Below, piece after piece: positions 1-13,700 of a stretch of DNA of 64,000 nt; within the stretch, counting starts at the first letter, position 1; each line of letters opens with the position of its first letter. The stretch lies in assembly GCA_001643675.2 (NCBI GenBank), contig LSRY02000001.1:496001-560000 (forward strand). The letters are read 5' to 3'. The notes beneath the pieces are model-generated. The model was given only the letters and a program-made list of their open reading frames with translations. It had not been told where the DNA came from and ran no database searches. The position numbers and the translations under genes are program-made. The stretch is from Monocercomonoides exilis PA203 (Eukaryota > Protista > Preaxostyla).

Positions 1-190
1 AACTAGTCATACAACACTAAAAAATCTTAAATTCAGAGCTTGTTTAAGAAAAGAAATAACATAAATTTAAATATAATGGGCGTGATCAAAATAGGTGTCG
101 ATTGATTCCACTTTAACCAATTATTGTAACATCCGTAACTCCAAAAAAGTTATCAATACATTAATGAAAAAGACAATAAAATACAGACAA

Positions 191-2678
191 TTAAAGTGTT
201 GTAATTCTAAAAAACTCTATCACATTTTTAACATCGACAGCTTCATTTTCAAATGAAAGAGGATAATAAACCATTGAAAGCAAATAATCTTGGAATCCAA
301 TTTCTTCACAATTTTCACTCATCTCTTTTTGTACAACAAAAGCAGTTGGTATGTTTTTCTTTTTCGCTTCTTCCCTAATTCTTTGTTCGTTTTTAAGTTC
401 AGGCACCAATGATAATATTTCATGGTTAACTTTGATAATATCATATCCTAAATCTTCAGTCAATCCATCATAATAAACTTCCAAATTATCGAATTCCTCT
501 TCAACATTGAAAATATAATTCTTTTTTTGGAAATTAAGATAATTATCCATTCGAGCTTTTATCTTGCTGATTATATTTTGTAATATCCACATTGCTTCTG
601 ATTTGATTGATGTGCAACTTTCATTTGTTGAATTCAGATACAGCAACAATTCACGAAAGCCACCTCCAGCGACAAAACAATTAACATTTCTGCCTGTTTC
701 AATTGTTGTCAGAAGATTCAGTGTGCTCATAGCATTTGTTCGCGATGCCAATGACACATCTTGCTTCGTCACTGCGTCCTGTCTTAGAAAATAAAGCACA
801 AGAGACAAAAGCGAAGGAAGAGGGGATTCAACAGAAGACAGACAATCATTTTCACTTGGCGAAGACGGTGCTAATAAGGATGATGAACCGGTCGAATCAT
901 TTGCTGCTTTGGAGTCTTCTATCTGCGATTGATAAGTCAAAACGAAAATGCTGAAATATGGATTCAGATGCTGAGTGAGATTGCAAATCAGCTCAGACAT
1001 GTGCTCCCAGCAGAGAATTCTATCGTTCATCTCTTCCCCTTTTTCTATCTTTTGTACTGTTGCAGAAACAGAAGGAAGAGGCGGGCACAGGCAAGTACAG
1101 TTGTGTGTTAAAGAAGGAAGGGTCTCATGAAATTGCTTCTCAATCGTTTTTTTAACATCAATCATATTGTCTTCTTTTTCCTCCTCCATTTCATCATCTT
1201 TAATTCCATTTTCATCACAATCATCTTCGCCCTCTTCTTCCTCTTCTTTTGTATCGCGATGATTTTTAAATGCTTGCGGTTTCATTCCCTGGTTATGAAT
1301 AAGTGCTTTGACTTGATTGAACTGTTGCTTTGTCGCAACTGTTGCAAAGGGAATGTCATTGCTGGGAACAAACTGGTCGCTTGACTGTTTAAAATCCAGT
1401 TTTCTATTTTTTTCAATCTTCTTCTCGACATTTCCCTCTTTACAGAGTTGCGAATCACTTTCAACTGGGTCTATTTCTTTTCTGAGTTGAATAAAAACCT
1501 TATTTAACAATTTGCAAAGAAGAACAAAAGGAAGCACTTTCTTCTTCACCCCAAACAACACATCCTTCAATGAGTATTCACGAATAATGATGCTCCGTGC
1601 ACAAGCAATATCAAAAGCCTTCAAAGCATAAAAAATCGTTGTCGAAGAAAAGTTCTGCACTGATGGTTGTGAAAGCAATGAAGACATGAAAGATGCAAGA
1701 AATGTCATTGACAAAGGTGTAATCTTCGTAATTATCCCTTCTTCAGAGAGATGATAAGCCACTTCGCCTAAAAGATAAAATAAACATATTCGAAACAAAA
1801 GCGATAAAAAAAAATTTGTAGAAATTGTTGAAAATTGTTAAGCAATTTGCAAGTGACCATGAAAGCATAATAAAAATTATAATGCAAACACCATTTATAA
1901 GACTTCGATAGAATGAAAAAGCATTTTTTGACCAATTGTTCCCATTCTGATGATTCCGCTTTTTGACTCAATATTTTGTGAATTGCCACAAAAGTATTTT
2001 CTTCCACTTGGCGATGCTCAATAGCGCCTGGGAAACACTTAAAATATGTGTAAGCTCCTTCAAGCGTAATCTCATATCCATTTCTTACTCTCTCTCGATT
2101 TTGCAAAACAAAAGAGCGAAGGTAGCTTCCAATTCTCCGAAACCTGAATGACAAGTCATCGTTAAATAAACATGCTTTATCTGCAAGAGTTTGAAGGATT
2201 CGAAACATTACAAAAGTGCTTTTTGTCGAAAGCTGAACTTGCTGAAATAAACGCGAGAAAAGTGTCATGAAATCCTCTGTTATTTCATTGCGAAAATTCT
2301 CAGGGGTTAGTTGATTGACATATTCCCAAAGAGCCAATAAAAGAAATAATTGCTCTTCACTTCTCTGATTTAATGCAATATCCAACCATTCTTTCAAAGA
2401 AACAAGTTATAAAACAGAAAAAACTCAATCATACGTTCCAGTTTTTGCTGAGGTGGCACATGTGGACTTGAATTTACTGGTTTTTCAGTTGAATCCATTT
2501 CTGCAACATAGTTATAAGGAAATAATCCAACTTTTCCATTATATCTTCCTTTCCACATCCCACTTTCATGACGTTGAATTTCTGTGATAACTGCTCCCGG
2601 AGAAAACGAAAGCTCATCTGCAAAGCGCGCCTCAAATTTGTACAATGCGCGATAAACAATTTCATCATTTAATTCCAT
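191..2678 (-). CDS. SH3-domain protein, ~773 aa, 3 exons (2678-2435, 2390-1890, 1767-191)
   Basis: The N-terminus ALYKFEARFADELSFSPGAVITEIQRHESGMWKGRYNGKVGLFPYNYV is a canonical SH3 domain. Phase-compatible introns GTATG..AAAG (2434-2391) and GTTTG..TTTAG (1889-1768) join the three ORFs. The remainder looks helical, possibly ARM-like. Confidence 0.8.
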
Positions 2679-2819
2679 GAAAATAAAAAAAAATTATGCA
2701 ACACAAACTTGACTTTTTCAAAATTTATCATTACCTGAAAAAAAGTGATTTTTATTCACTTCTTAATTGAAAATATTTTATTGAACCATATTTATTTATT
2801 TTCAATCATTTATGCAAAG

Positions 2820-5800
2820 ATGAATCTTGTCCTTTGTCATTATTTTTATGTTTTGCTTATGAGCTGTTGCTTTAAAAATTTCTTTGTTGTGTGCTGTGAC
2901 AGAGTTGATAGCGAGATTCTTCCTCTGAATCTTGGGCAGGTTTTTAATATCAGTTGCATTGTAACTCGGGGAAGTTCTTTTAAAGATTTTCAAAAAGATT
3001 GCTTATTCAACATTTTCAATACCAGCTTGATTATAAATGCTGTATCATTGAGAGTGACTTCACCATCGCAATTATGTTTCATTCATTCATCATCAAATAT
3101 TTGTTTGACTTCTATGACCATTTCAGTCGAAACTAGTCTATATCCTGTTGTTTCTGTAGAGAGTGGAAAATGCATTTATAATAATATTTCCTTCGTTTCC
3201 ATAAAACCTTTTGAAGCTCTTCCTTCACTCGCAATTGGTTGTAAGGAAAGTTGTCAGATTATTCTAAATGAATTAAACGTTCAGAACACTATTACATATC
3301 GGCTCGCACCTTTAGTAAAGTCTTCTTCATTTTCTTCTTCTTTAATAAATAATTGCCTTTTCTCGAATATTTCTGACGGAAGAATAATTGATGATTTTGA
3401 GCAAAAAGATTTTCAAAAAACCAATTTTGTTTCGAAAGGATGCTTATTTTTTTCAACTACATCACCTTTTTTATCAAGCATGTTTTCATGCAGTCCTGGA
3501 ACAGAATGCTATTGGATCAATTCTTCTTTTGTAAATGAAGTGAGCAATTATAATGTAATCTCACAAAGAATTGAATCTACATCAGACCAACATTTTAGTG
3601 ATTGTCTGTTTCAAAATTGCTTTTGCTCTAGTGGGAACTCTGGAGGAGCTTTGTTTATTAGGAACTGCTCAACATTATTTATCGAAAAATGCAAGTTTGA
3701 GAACTGCTCAGCTCAAAATGATAATGAATCTATTGAAAATGGCAAAACAAAAATAAGAAATCAGAATGCTGCATTCAATAGAGGAGGATGTGCATGCTTG
3801 GATAAAGTTGTTACTGTTCAAATTACAGAAACGACTGTACATGAATGTTCTGCTTCTTCTTTTGGAGGATTTGCTTTTATCGCAAATTCCATTGAAATTA
3901 CAATTTCAAATTTATCTTCAAATATGAGTTATTCATCGAGAGATTGTGGTGGTTGCTTGTGTTGTGTTAATGCGAATTCTATGAAAATTTATTCATCTTT
4001 CTTTTACGCATGCTCTGCACAAGATGGAGGCGGAGCAATTTTCGTGGAGAATGCGGCTTCTTTTGATTGCAGAAATTCTCAATTCGGAAGTTGCCACATA
4101 AGTAACGAAAGCGTTGGTGGAGCTGTGCTGATTTCTGAATGGAAAGGTCTTGCCTGCAATACAGAAACGAAATATTCAAGATATAATTATTCATTTTTAG
4201 AATGCTATTTTTTCTTAAACGACGCAGGAAAAGGTGTTGACATAAGTATTGATGACAGTAAATATGAACAACCACAATTCATTACAAATTGTACATTTAC
4301 CAAAAGTAAAAACAGAGTGATGTTCAACAATAATTCGTTGGATAATTTCACTTCAATAACAGTGCATGTCAGAGGAGGAACGACTTATAATGAAAGTGCT
4401 GATTATGACTATGATTCCTCTGATTGTGGAATTAAGGCAGATCCGTGCCATCATATTGCCAAAATATTGTCTAATAGTTGTGCGAGTTCCATATTCGTGA
4501 TGGCAATGCCAAGTATGTTTGTGGAAACCTCAATGCATATTATAAATACATCTGTATACTTGTTAAATGCGCATTCGAATGCTTCCATTGAAACTTCGGA
4601 ATATGTTTCAATTAAAACAGATTGCCCCCAAAAATCCAATGGTTTTAATGATCACTCTGCGACAAATGATGTTCGAAATAATATTAATACATCATTTTGT
4701 TCTGTGCTGAATGGCATTTTTCAGATGGAGAAAATTCAGCTTTTATTTTCGTGTATTAAACTATCTTCGTACCAGTATCTGATACATGGATCTTTGGGTT
4801 CGGCAATAAATCTCACGTCATGCTCCATTTCTTATTCAAATGACAATCTCGGAGATTCAGCTCCGCTCAAAGAGGATAGCTCATTGCTGTATGTTGAGAA
4901 TACAACTGTATATATTGCCAACACTGTGATTAATGGAATTCTATTGTCTTCAAATAAGAACCCTTTATCCGACAATTCGCTTAACACTTTGTCGCAATCT
5001 TTGCCACGATATCTTTCAAACACTGCATTCAATAACGAATCAGTTAAGTCTTTTTGCTTGGGCAATTTCTGTTTCTCTTTATTGCAATTTGTCAACTCAT
5101 CAGCAGTTCTAGAAAACTGCAGAATAAACAATTCGCTAACGAGAGCAATATATCAATCGAGCGGAAAAGTTTCTTTGGTGAATGTCTCGTTTTCTTATGA
5201 AAATTTCTTTTCTGGAGAAGGTGATGATGAAGAGATTAAGAGCATGAATAAAAATTATCCGACTTATAAGCGTGTTTATTATTGTGAAGGTGACGGAAAT
5301 TTATCTACAGAAAAAATAGTTTTAAACAATGGAACCGAGAAAAGTAATTCCAGTTTTGAGAATTTCTTTTTTCAAATTGAAACTTGCAATTGCGAAGGGC
5401 AGATATTTAATAAGGCTATTCTTTCAAACTCCACAGAAGATGACTACGTTCTGTCTTCATATTTCACTCCTTCTGTTTCTGGAGTCACATTTAATCAAAG
5501 TTCCCAAGAGCATTTGACGTTTTATGCATATGGGCATTCCCTTTTCCCTTGCGATACGACTTTCGTCCTGAATGTGAACAACAGGAGCTCTGAATCATTG
5601 GGCAGTGTGATATTTTCAAGAGAAGTTTCATTGGATACTTCTTCAAACGAAACCTGTGCCAAAGCCACGTTCCATATTTCGAGTGATTTAATCGATCAAA
5701 TAATCCTTTCTCAGAATATCGAAGCAATGGCAGCTGTACAGTATCCACTTCCAAACAAAAAGAAAGCAAAAACGCCTTCGATAACAGCTGTTTGCTCAGG

Positions 5801-6830
5801 AAACAGCAGCAATAACAAGACAGTTGATGGCAGAACGGAATCGAATCTTTCTGAAGGCGGATCAAATGCAGTTTATTATACAATCATTATTGTTGTGGCT
5901 TGTGTAATTTTTACGGTTTTCGTTACTGTGATTATCGTTGTTATTTTTGCGAAGAGAAGGAGAAAGAATCGGACGAATGGGAACAGAAAATCATTCCAAG
6001 GACAACCTCCATTACTGCAAGAAGATTCAGAACAGAGCTCTATTCATTATCAAGAGCAAAGAAATGAAGAATATGAACAAGGGAATTCAGTTCAACATTT
6101 AAACTATGCCGACATAGAAAACAGAGAACAAAACACTGAAACGCATTCATCGCTTGGCAGGAGGTTCTTTCATTCTCGAAACAGAGCTGAGAGAAGAGAA
6201 GAAGACGAAGAAAATGATCGGACCGAAGCAAGAAACATTGCTGAATTTTACACACTGCATCCATCTTCTTCTCCATTCGACGAAGACACATCGGCCATTT
6301 TAAACAGTTCAACGCTCGTGCTAAATTCATCTGGCTATCTGTCGCCTCCGCCTCCGCCTTCATATCCGATAGATCAATTAACGGCTAGCTGGGTCCAGGC
6401 AAGGCCAACGTCTACTGCTCCGCTCTCAGACACTCAAATCATTTCTTCACTTCATTCAACACAAAATACTTTGCACAACAACGCTGAAGGTGGAATGCGT
6501 CAGTCCTCGCTTTTAACTTCTTCAGTCTTTCATCATCCTTTGGGCACAGCTCAGGGAATGTATGCGGATTCTCAGCTATTTATATTTGCGAATTCTGGTG
6601 AGAATCAGAGAAATGCAGAAAGAATGAGACAGTTTGGAGGAGACGTAGGATTTTCAGGTGAAGAATTGCATTCACAGCTTACAGCATCTCAAATGGATTC
6701 CAGCAATAATAATCAAAGCTGGCCTGAATCATCAATTTCTTTAGAACAGCCAATGAATAATTCTTCGTTTATTGTTCAGCCCGGAAATTTTCCCGTTTCT
6801 GAAAATTCTCCGATGTTATTAATTGAATAA
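2820..6830 (+). CDS. Type I membrane/surface protein with Cys/Ser/Asn-rich right-handed beta-helix (pectin-lyase/Pmp-like) repeats
   Basis: Single long ORF, first ATG at 2820. It has a hydrophobic N-terminus, GGA/GGC-type repeats (SGGALFI, RGGCACL, GGGAIFV, VGGAVLI), a TM helix YYTIIIVVACVIFTVFVTVIIVVIFA followed by KRRRK, and a cytoplasmic tail containing PPPPPSY. Confidence 0.75.
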   Translation: MNLVLCHYFYVLLMSCCFKNFFVVCCDRVDSEILPLNLGQVFNISCIVTRGSSFKDFQKDCLFNIFNTSLIINAVSLRVTSPSQLCFIHSSSNICLTSMTISVETSLYPVVSVESGKCIYNNISFVSIKPFEALPSLAIGCKESCQIILNELNVQNTITYRLAPLVKSSSFSSSLINNCLFSNISDGRIIDDFEQKDFQKTNFVSKGCLFFSTTSPFLSSMFSCSPGTECYWINSSFVNEVSNYNVISQRIESTSDQHFSDCLFQNCFCSSGNSGGALFIRNCSTLFIEKCKFENCSAQNDNESIENGKTKIRNQNAAFNRGGCACLDKVVTVQITETTVHECSASSFGGFAFIANSIEITISNLSSNMSYSSRDCGGCLCCVNANSMKIYSSFFYACSAQDGGGAIFVENAASFDCRNSQFGSCHISNESVGGAVLISEWKGLACNTETKYSRYNYSFLECYFFLNDAGKGVDISIDDSKYEQPQFITNCTFTKSKNRVMFNNNSLDNFTSITVHVRGGTTYNESADYDYDSSDCGIKADPCHHIAKILSNSCASSIFVMAMPSMFVETSMHIINTSVYLLNAHSNASIETSEYVSIKTDCPQKSNGFNDHSATNDVRNNINTSFCSVLNGIFQMEKIQLLFSCIKLSSYQYLIHGSLGSAINLTSCSISYSNDNLGDSAPLKEDSSLLYVENTTVYIANTVINGILLSSNKNPLSDNSLNTLSQSLPRYLSNTAFNNESVKSFCLGNFCFSLLQFVNSSAVLENCRINNSLTRAIYQSSGKVSLVNVSFSYENFFSGEGDDEEIKSMNKNYPTYKRVYYCEGDGNLSTEKIVLNNGTEKSNSSFENFFFQIETCNCEGQIFNKAILSNSTEDDYVLSSYFTPSVSGVTFNQSSQEHLTFYAYGHSLFPCDTTFVLNVNNRSSESLGSVIFSREVSLDTSSNETCAKATFHISSDLIDQIILSQNIEAMAAVQYPLPNKKKAKTPSITAVCSGNSSNNKTVDGRTESNLSEGGSNAVYYTIIIVVACVIFTVFVTVIIVVIFAKRRRKNRTNGNRKSFQGQPPLLQEDSEQSSIHYQEQRNEEYEQGNSVQHLNYADIENREQNTETHSSLGRRFFHSRNRAERREEDEENDRTEARNIAEFYTLHPSSSPFDEDTSAILNSSTLVLNSSGYLSPPPPPSYPIDQLTASWVQARPTSTAPLSDTQIISSLHSTQNTLHNNAEGGMRQSSLLTSSVFHHPLGTAQGMYADSQLFIFANSGENQRNAERMRQFGGDVGFSGEELHSQLTASQMDSSNNNQSWPESSISLEQPMNNSSFIVQPGNFPVSENSPMLLIE

Positions 6831-7707
6831 ATATGAAAATTTGTAGTTTATGTGTAATTGTATGCAAATATATGTATTATTAAACCAGTATTTTTCACTT
6901 CATTGAATTTTTTTGATTTCGAGTGTACTCTTGTGTGATTTATTGTTTTTCGTTGTTTTTTTAAGTCTGATTGCATGAGAGAATATTATTGCGATTGACT
7001 GATATGTACAAAAATGAAATTTTTTTTTTAATTCCAAGATAAAACTATTATTTTCTTTTATTTTTAGCAATAAAAAAAATAAAGAATTTTTAAGATTTAA
7101 CCTTTGAAAAGCCATTCTTATATTATAACTGGCAGTAAAGCTGAAATGCATACAAACATAACAAAACAAAAAGATTAAAAATTTAATCAAAAAATAATAA
7201 GTGTTTTATCAGCGCTTTTTGAAAAGAAAAAGTTAAATACAAAGGTGAAAAAATGCTAACAGCTTCATCACCTGATTGTAATAAATACTGCATTGAACAA
7301 AACATACTCTCGTCAACAAACAAACAAACAAAAAAAAATTAATGAATATAAAAAATATTTGTAATAAATATGTCAAACATAAAATACTAAATGCCTCGAG
7401 TTGTAAATAAAGGTGTTGAACATCAATGAAAACAAGAAATTTCATGTTTGATAAATACAGCGCTGCATTTATAGAAACACTTTCCAATAAAAATAGAAAA
7501 TAGAAAATAAAAAATAGAAAATAAAAATAAAAATAAAAAGAACTTGTGAAATTAAGAAAGCAAAAAACATACACAAAAGGCAATTTCAAATAAAACAATT
7601 TTGCCCACATAAGAAACAAAATTATAAAATTATAATTGCACAGTTTATTCACGTTTTTTCCTATTAATAAAAAAGCATCGGCTCAATAATAAAAACAAAT
7701 CCCTGCT

Positions 7708-10700
7708 TCACTTATGCTCACGCTGGTCAAAAGCAGCGATCGTTCTAAATCTTATCGGAGGTCTCACGTCGTTCCCAAGCAAATTGAAAGAAAACATCGT
7801 GTGGCAGTCAGGAACACCAGTCGTCTGAGTCAAATGCGTCTCGTCGTGCACCATCGCGCAGATTCCAGGCAGCGGGGCAAAGAGGCTGGACACTGTCATC
7901 GGCACGATAGACGCCTGGATGGACTGCAGATACTGTTCGTCCAGGGTGTCGCCGTTGAGCAGGTGCAGCTGCCCAACCCTGTCGCGGACAGCCACACAAA
8001 TGCGCAGGAACGGCAGATCGCACGTGGGTAGCGTCAGCGGGTTGTTCATCGGAGGCAGATAGTCTCCATAGTCTGCAATGTTGTACGAATACATGATTTT
8101 CGCGAAGTGAGGATTGCAGTAGTCAAACGAGCGGTGTGTCACGGGCGTGAAAAGAGGGGCGAGCGACGGCGGGATGCGCGACTGCAGAGGAGTCTGCGGC
8201 TGCACATGGATGTTGGCATGGGATGAAGTGATGCGCTCCAACGGCCTCAGGCGAGATGCGGATGTGTAAGAAGACTTGGCATAATGAGGAGGAGGGATTC
8301 CAGATGTGTATGAAGAGGATAGTGAATTGGAAGATGTCTGTGCCGAGGCAGAAAACTGCGCCGAAGACGGAGAATTGCTCTGATCAGCAACGAGGCGCAG
8401 GTTGCGCTGGTCGAACGACACACCAGCAGGAGTGAAGATGCGCAGATTGGCAAAGAACTGGGAGAGGGTGGAACGAAGGTGAATCGACGGAACAAGTGTT
8501 GGGTCAATATCAGGAATAGTGCGGCAATTCGTGGGGACAAAGATAAGCACAATGTCAGCCATAGAAACAGCCGGAATGCGGCGGTATGTTGACTGCAGTG
8601 AAGAAAGCCCAGAATGCCGTTTATGTGATGCGCTCTCTGCTGCAGCAGAAGCAATGTGGATCTCCTTCTGCAGCCGCTCATTGAAAGTGTGATCGCCGTT
8701 GCGGGCGAGCTTCGTGAGATATCCATCTCGTTTGTCTTCAGCCGTCTGCCGCGGTGAAGTCATCGAAAACATTCCGAAAATCGAGCGGCTGCTGTTTGAT
8801 TGATGGTCTCTGCCTCCATCTCGCACTCTTCCGCTGCTGCTGCGCCGGAACAGCTGAGACGAATGACGGGACATTTTGTGCTCTGGTCTGTAAAGTATGA
8901 GCGATGGCTCATCAAACCCTGCATTTGAAGAGCGCCTCCACCTCTGCGAATGCAAGCGACTGTCAGAGAAAGCAGACAAATGAGAGGACGCATTTGAAAG
9001 CTGCCTCGATGATGCTCTCCTTTGAAACGCCTGCTGACTGCCTTTGCCAGAAACATCGTCCATATCAATCAGAGGATGCGGAATGTTTGACATATTTGAT
9101 GAATAAGGGGCAATAGCAGCTTGTGAATTGGGGGCATATGAAGAAGAGGAACGCGAAGACGCAATGACAGCAAGAGATCTGTTGATAATTTTGCATATTT
9201 CGCTTTTGATTGCTATGAGATAAGAGATGAAGCATGCAGTCGATGCTGGAAGCGACACAAACGGGGCACGAAGGGCAGCATCTCCTTTTGCGAGGAGCGA
9301 AGCTGTTGACATCGGAATTGTAGTGAAGCCCAACATTCTGTGCTCAATCGGCACGAACGAAAAGAACGCATGCAGCTGCTGGATGACCCCGATGCTTCCG
9401 TTCAGGTACTGCAGATAAAATGCCGGAGAGTGCCTGTCGAGAATGTTGTTCTGCTTCTCCAGATTCTTCGACTCCTGCGACGACCAGTCCAGCGACACCT
9501 CCCCGCGGCAGACATGGATCCACGTGTCGATGAACGAGTAGGAATACGGATTGGACTGGATGCTCATCTCCGAATGGAACGGAGACGGAGTTATGAACTC
9601 AAACTCATCGTCGCTCTGGAGGGTGCTGTCGCTCATCTGGAAGTTGCCTGAGCCCGGCTGCTTGCTTTGAGACTGGCCAGTTCCCGACTGCTCGAGCGAT
9701 TCTGAGTTGGTGTAGTTGGACTCTCCGTGTGTTGGTGTGAGGAATGTGGGGACAGACGCAATAAACCCGTGGATTTTTGAGGAGATTGAATTGACCATGT
9801 TGGCTTCGCGGAGCATGGCAATTACTGTGGCAGGGATGTTGTGCTCGGACAGGCACACGGCACTTGCAGCCTGTGTAAGCGAGTCGATGCTGAACAAATG
9901 AGGAGGGATGGTGCAAGAGTACTCGTGGCACATCCTGATGACAATCGCAGGATGAAACGCAGGAGACGCCATCGTAATCAGAGTGGACTTCTTTGTCAGC
10001 TGGGTGATGGCTGAGTCTGGCGAGCAGAAGGACTTTATAAGCTGCAGGCACGTGCCCATGTCCCATTCCGTGCTGAGGCCGACCTGCTGTGTGTCGAACA
10101 CCCGCTCAGACGGAATCTCAATCAGAGGCGGAAGGCGCGGGGTGTTGCCGACAATAAGATGAAGGCACACCTCCACCAGCGACTGGACAGACGAATAGGA
10201 GTCATCGTTGCCCATCGGAGAGATCATGTAGCCGCCCTGATACGAATTGGCCAGCCCGCGATTGCGCGATCCGGCTCTGAGAACAGCATGTACGTATTGT
10301 GGAAGGCCTGTGAAGAATGTCTCCTGTGTTGGATTTGGGACTGATGGGTAGACAGGTCTGGGGCTGTCGGCAGCAAAGGAGTTCGGGTGGATCATGATTG
10401 AGCACAAGAGATCAAATACGCTTTTCAAAAATACTCCATTCAAACTTGGGAATATTCTATCGTACAAGTTTGAGTGGAGGCGCGACCAGATCCAGTTCTC
10501 GATGAATGCGCCACGCTGCCTCTTCTGATTTGCCTTCTTTGTGAAGAGGGACATTGTGAGCGGGGGAACATCAACAATCATACGGATGATTTTCAGGTGT
10601 GTACCGTATGGAATCTTGAATCTGGGGCAGTTCATCGCTTTCGACTTTACACAGAAGTATTCCACAATGAGTGAATAAAACGACAGAAGCACAAACAGAA

Positions 10701-13700
10701 GATGGATGATTTGGCGGAAGATAACCGAGTCTGCGTTGACTGCTGGGTCATAGCGCTTTGCCGTCTTGATCAGCTTCTCCGCAGGCACTTTGTGGATGCA
10801 GTCGATGATGCTGCTGCTGAGCACGCCTCGGAATGTTACAGGTGTGCGGAGCATAATCGTCTGCGCCAGTCCGGCAACGCCATCACTGATGTGATTCAAT
10901 GACGAAGTTGGCTTCTTAAAGTTGTGCTCTGGAAGCAGAAGCCACAGAATCCTGTGATAGTTCTCTTTGTCCTTCTTTTCTTTTGTCTCGTTTTGAACGG
11001 GTTTGCGCAATGAGCCGAATTTGTTCTCAATCCAACTCGAGAACAACTGCACAAACAAGGGAGATGCCAAATACAGCCCTTCCACTACAATCCATCCACC
11101 AGCATCAAAATGCTTGTCGAGATATTTCTCCGCTGCCTCCCACGCTGCTGCCCACAGTTCTGAGTGCACCTTCGCTTTCTTCGACGGCAGCTCCAGGCTC
11201 AGCTTCGCGTCTCGATAGAGCTCTGACACATGCACAGAAGTGACAGACACTTTGAGCTGCCTCCCCAGTTTGCATATGTCCCGCACCAGCCGCTGCTCCT
11301 CCACAGGCCCCAAGAAGTTGCTTGAGCGTGTCGCCAGCATAATCACACGGCCAGACGGAGATTGTGTGGCATTGAACAGTTTGATGGTGTGCAATGCAAT
11401 GGAATCAGACGGGTTCACAATCTCTTCCAAAGTCGGAACGCCGCAGTAGAAATAGCCGCTGGGTGTCATCTGCAGATGGTGGTCAGATGCCCTCAGCTTG
11501 TCCCCGATGCGCGGAGAAGGAAGCGACGTTGTGTTGAATGCACGCTCCACTCCAATCAGTGGCTGAGAAGAGATTGCCAGCAGTGCTGCATCGCGGAAGC
11601 GGCCCGGGTTGACGACAGCAATCAGCAAGAGGCGCTGGAAGATGTTGAGTGACTGCATCTGCTGGTTGGGGAACTCAGTTGTCTCCGGGTTGCTGTCAAG
11701 AAACCACTCTGCCCAGCGCTTTTGAGTGTTGGACATGAACACAGGATTCTGAGAAATATTCGCAGAGGATGTTGTTCGTGTCTTTCCAGTCCAGTTCTGC
11801 TGGGTTGATTGGAAAGATGACATCATGTTGAGCAGGTTCTGTGCTGCCTGCGCTGAAAAATCATTGAAGAACATATCTCCGCTGTTGTGTGCCACGTTCG
11901 TGTTCTCGTATTCTGTCAGGTTTCCAAAAAGCCTGCTGAATTTTGTGATCAGCTGCGAATCCGCCTGCTGCTGCTGTTGTTGTTGTGTTGTCCCGCCCAG
12001 CTTCTGTGACAGCCCGCTGCTGCTCTGCTGGGCATATGCTGTAGAGAGCGACGTGGGTGTGGTGAAGGTGAGCTCCTTTGTGAGTTCTGTCTGGATGAAC
12101 AAGAAACGAGACAGCACGTCTTCATCCACATCGAGTGGCTTCACTGTGTGCTGGCGCTGCGGAAACAGCTTCGCGAAGATCCGCTGATCGACAATCGACT
12201 TCGATGAAGCATGAGCAAATGGCTGGTACAGCGGCTGCACATTCTGGATGATGTTTGAAGGGGAAAAAGGGTTGGATGAGAGAGACAAGGCAGTTGGGGT
12301 GAACTCAGATGAAGCTGCGTGATTAGTCGGAGAGAACGGCAGCAGCTGCATCCGCTTGTTGCGCATCTGCATCGGAGTAAGCTGCTTCTTCAGGGGGCTG
12401 TTCCTCAGCACTGTCAGAAGCACCGAGCTCTTCACGTTCCTATCCACAGGCAGCTGGTCGATGATGGAGAAGACGCTGTGTGAGTGTGGATCGAGATCAT
12501 ACACAAACGGGCGGTAGGCCGGGCACAGCGCCGCCAGCACGAACAGGTCCTTCCACGTCATCCCAGGCAGCCACGAAGGGACAGGATTCACCGGAATTAA
12601 TCCCGATGACTGGAGAACAGCCGACTCGATGGGGAAGTGGAGCTGGACGACTTCGCAGAAGAGGAGTTTGCGCGTCTCGAAGTGGTGGGCGTCGGTGCGG
12701 GTGGCGACGGGAGTGCGGGGCAGGTCGTGGAGGGTGAGCACCTGGGGAAACAGGAGAGCGTCCATCTCAATGTCAGACAGCCCCTCTTGCTTCTCGTTCG
12801 CCAGCTGCAGGGCAATGAACAGGAAGAACGTGAGGCAGTCGTTCTCTGAGCTGCACATGGACATGAACTTGCGGAAGATGCAGCGTGTGACAATGTCCAA
12901 GATTCTCCCTCTTTGTTGTTGGGTGATGCCAATGGGGGAGGTGTTTGGGTCGCTGTGCTGGTGCAGCTTGATCAAAGCACGGCGCTGCTCAAGTTGCACT
13001 TCGGCTCGTCTTTGTGCGTTGAATGTGAAGAGGAGACCGCTGGTGGAGGAGATGACTGCAGAAGAAGCAGAGGAAGAGGCAGAGGAGGAAGGGGAGGAGG
13101 AGGAAGGGGATGTGCCAATTATCTTCATTTTGCCAACGAGATCTGAAATGGAGTCTGTTTGCTTGCCGAATGCTTGCATTGAGGCAGATACACCAGATGA
13201 GGAAGAGGAAGAAGATGAGGAGGAAGATGATGAACCAAGACTGAGTCTGCGTCGTGAGTGATACTGTTCAGATAGAGATGGGCTGTATGAAGGTGACTCA
13301 ACAGGTGAAGAAGGAGACAGCAGTGTGGATGTGGAATACAGTTCATGTTGCATTGATCGGGGTGAACTGAGGAAACCAGACGCAGAAGCAGAAGAAGAAG
13401 CAGAAGAGGAGGAGGAGGAAGAAGAAGAAGGCAGTACATCCCTTGATGCAGTATTGTTCACCCCTCCCATTCCATCCTCAAACAAAGGCACGAACTCGTC
13501 AGTCGCAATCATCGACTTCCTGTTCTCCGTCTCCATCACGCTCTTCACCAGCGTAACAAGCCCTTCCACAATGGCGTGAAACCTGGGCGACCCCCACACC
13601 TCTGGCGCCTTCATCCCAAACGGCCTTCCAGTCACTCTGAGCCACGCGTGGCTGATCATTGCGAGCGGGTCAGCCACTGGCCGCACATGATTGGCCTCCC

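Noticed and set aside
6900-7652. Hydrophobic F/L/I-rich ORFs in the intergenic region
   Set aside because: They are artefacts of A/T-rich sequence between convergent genes.
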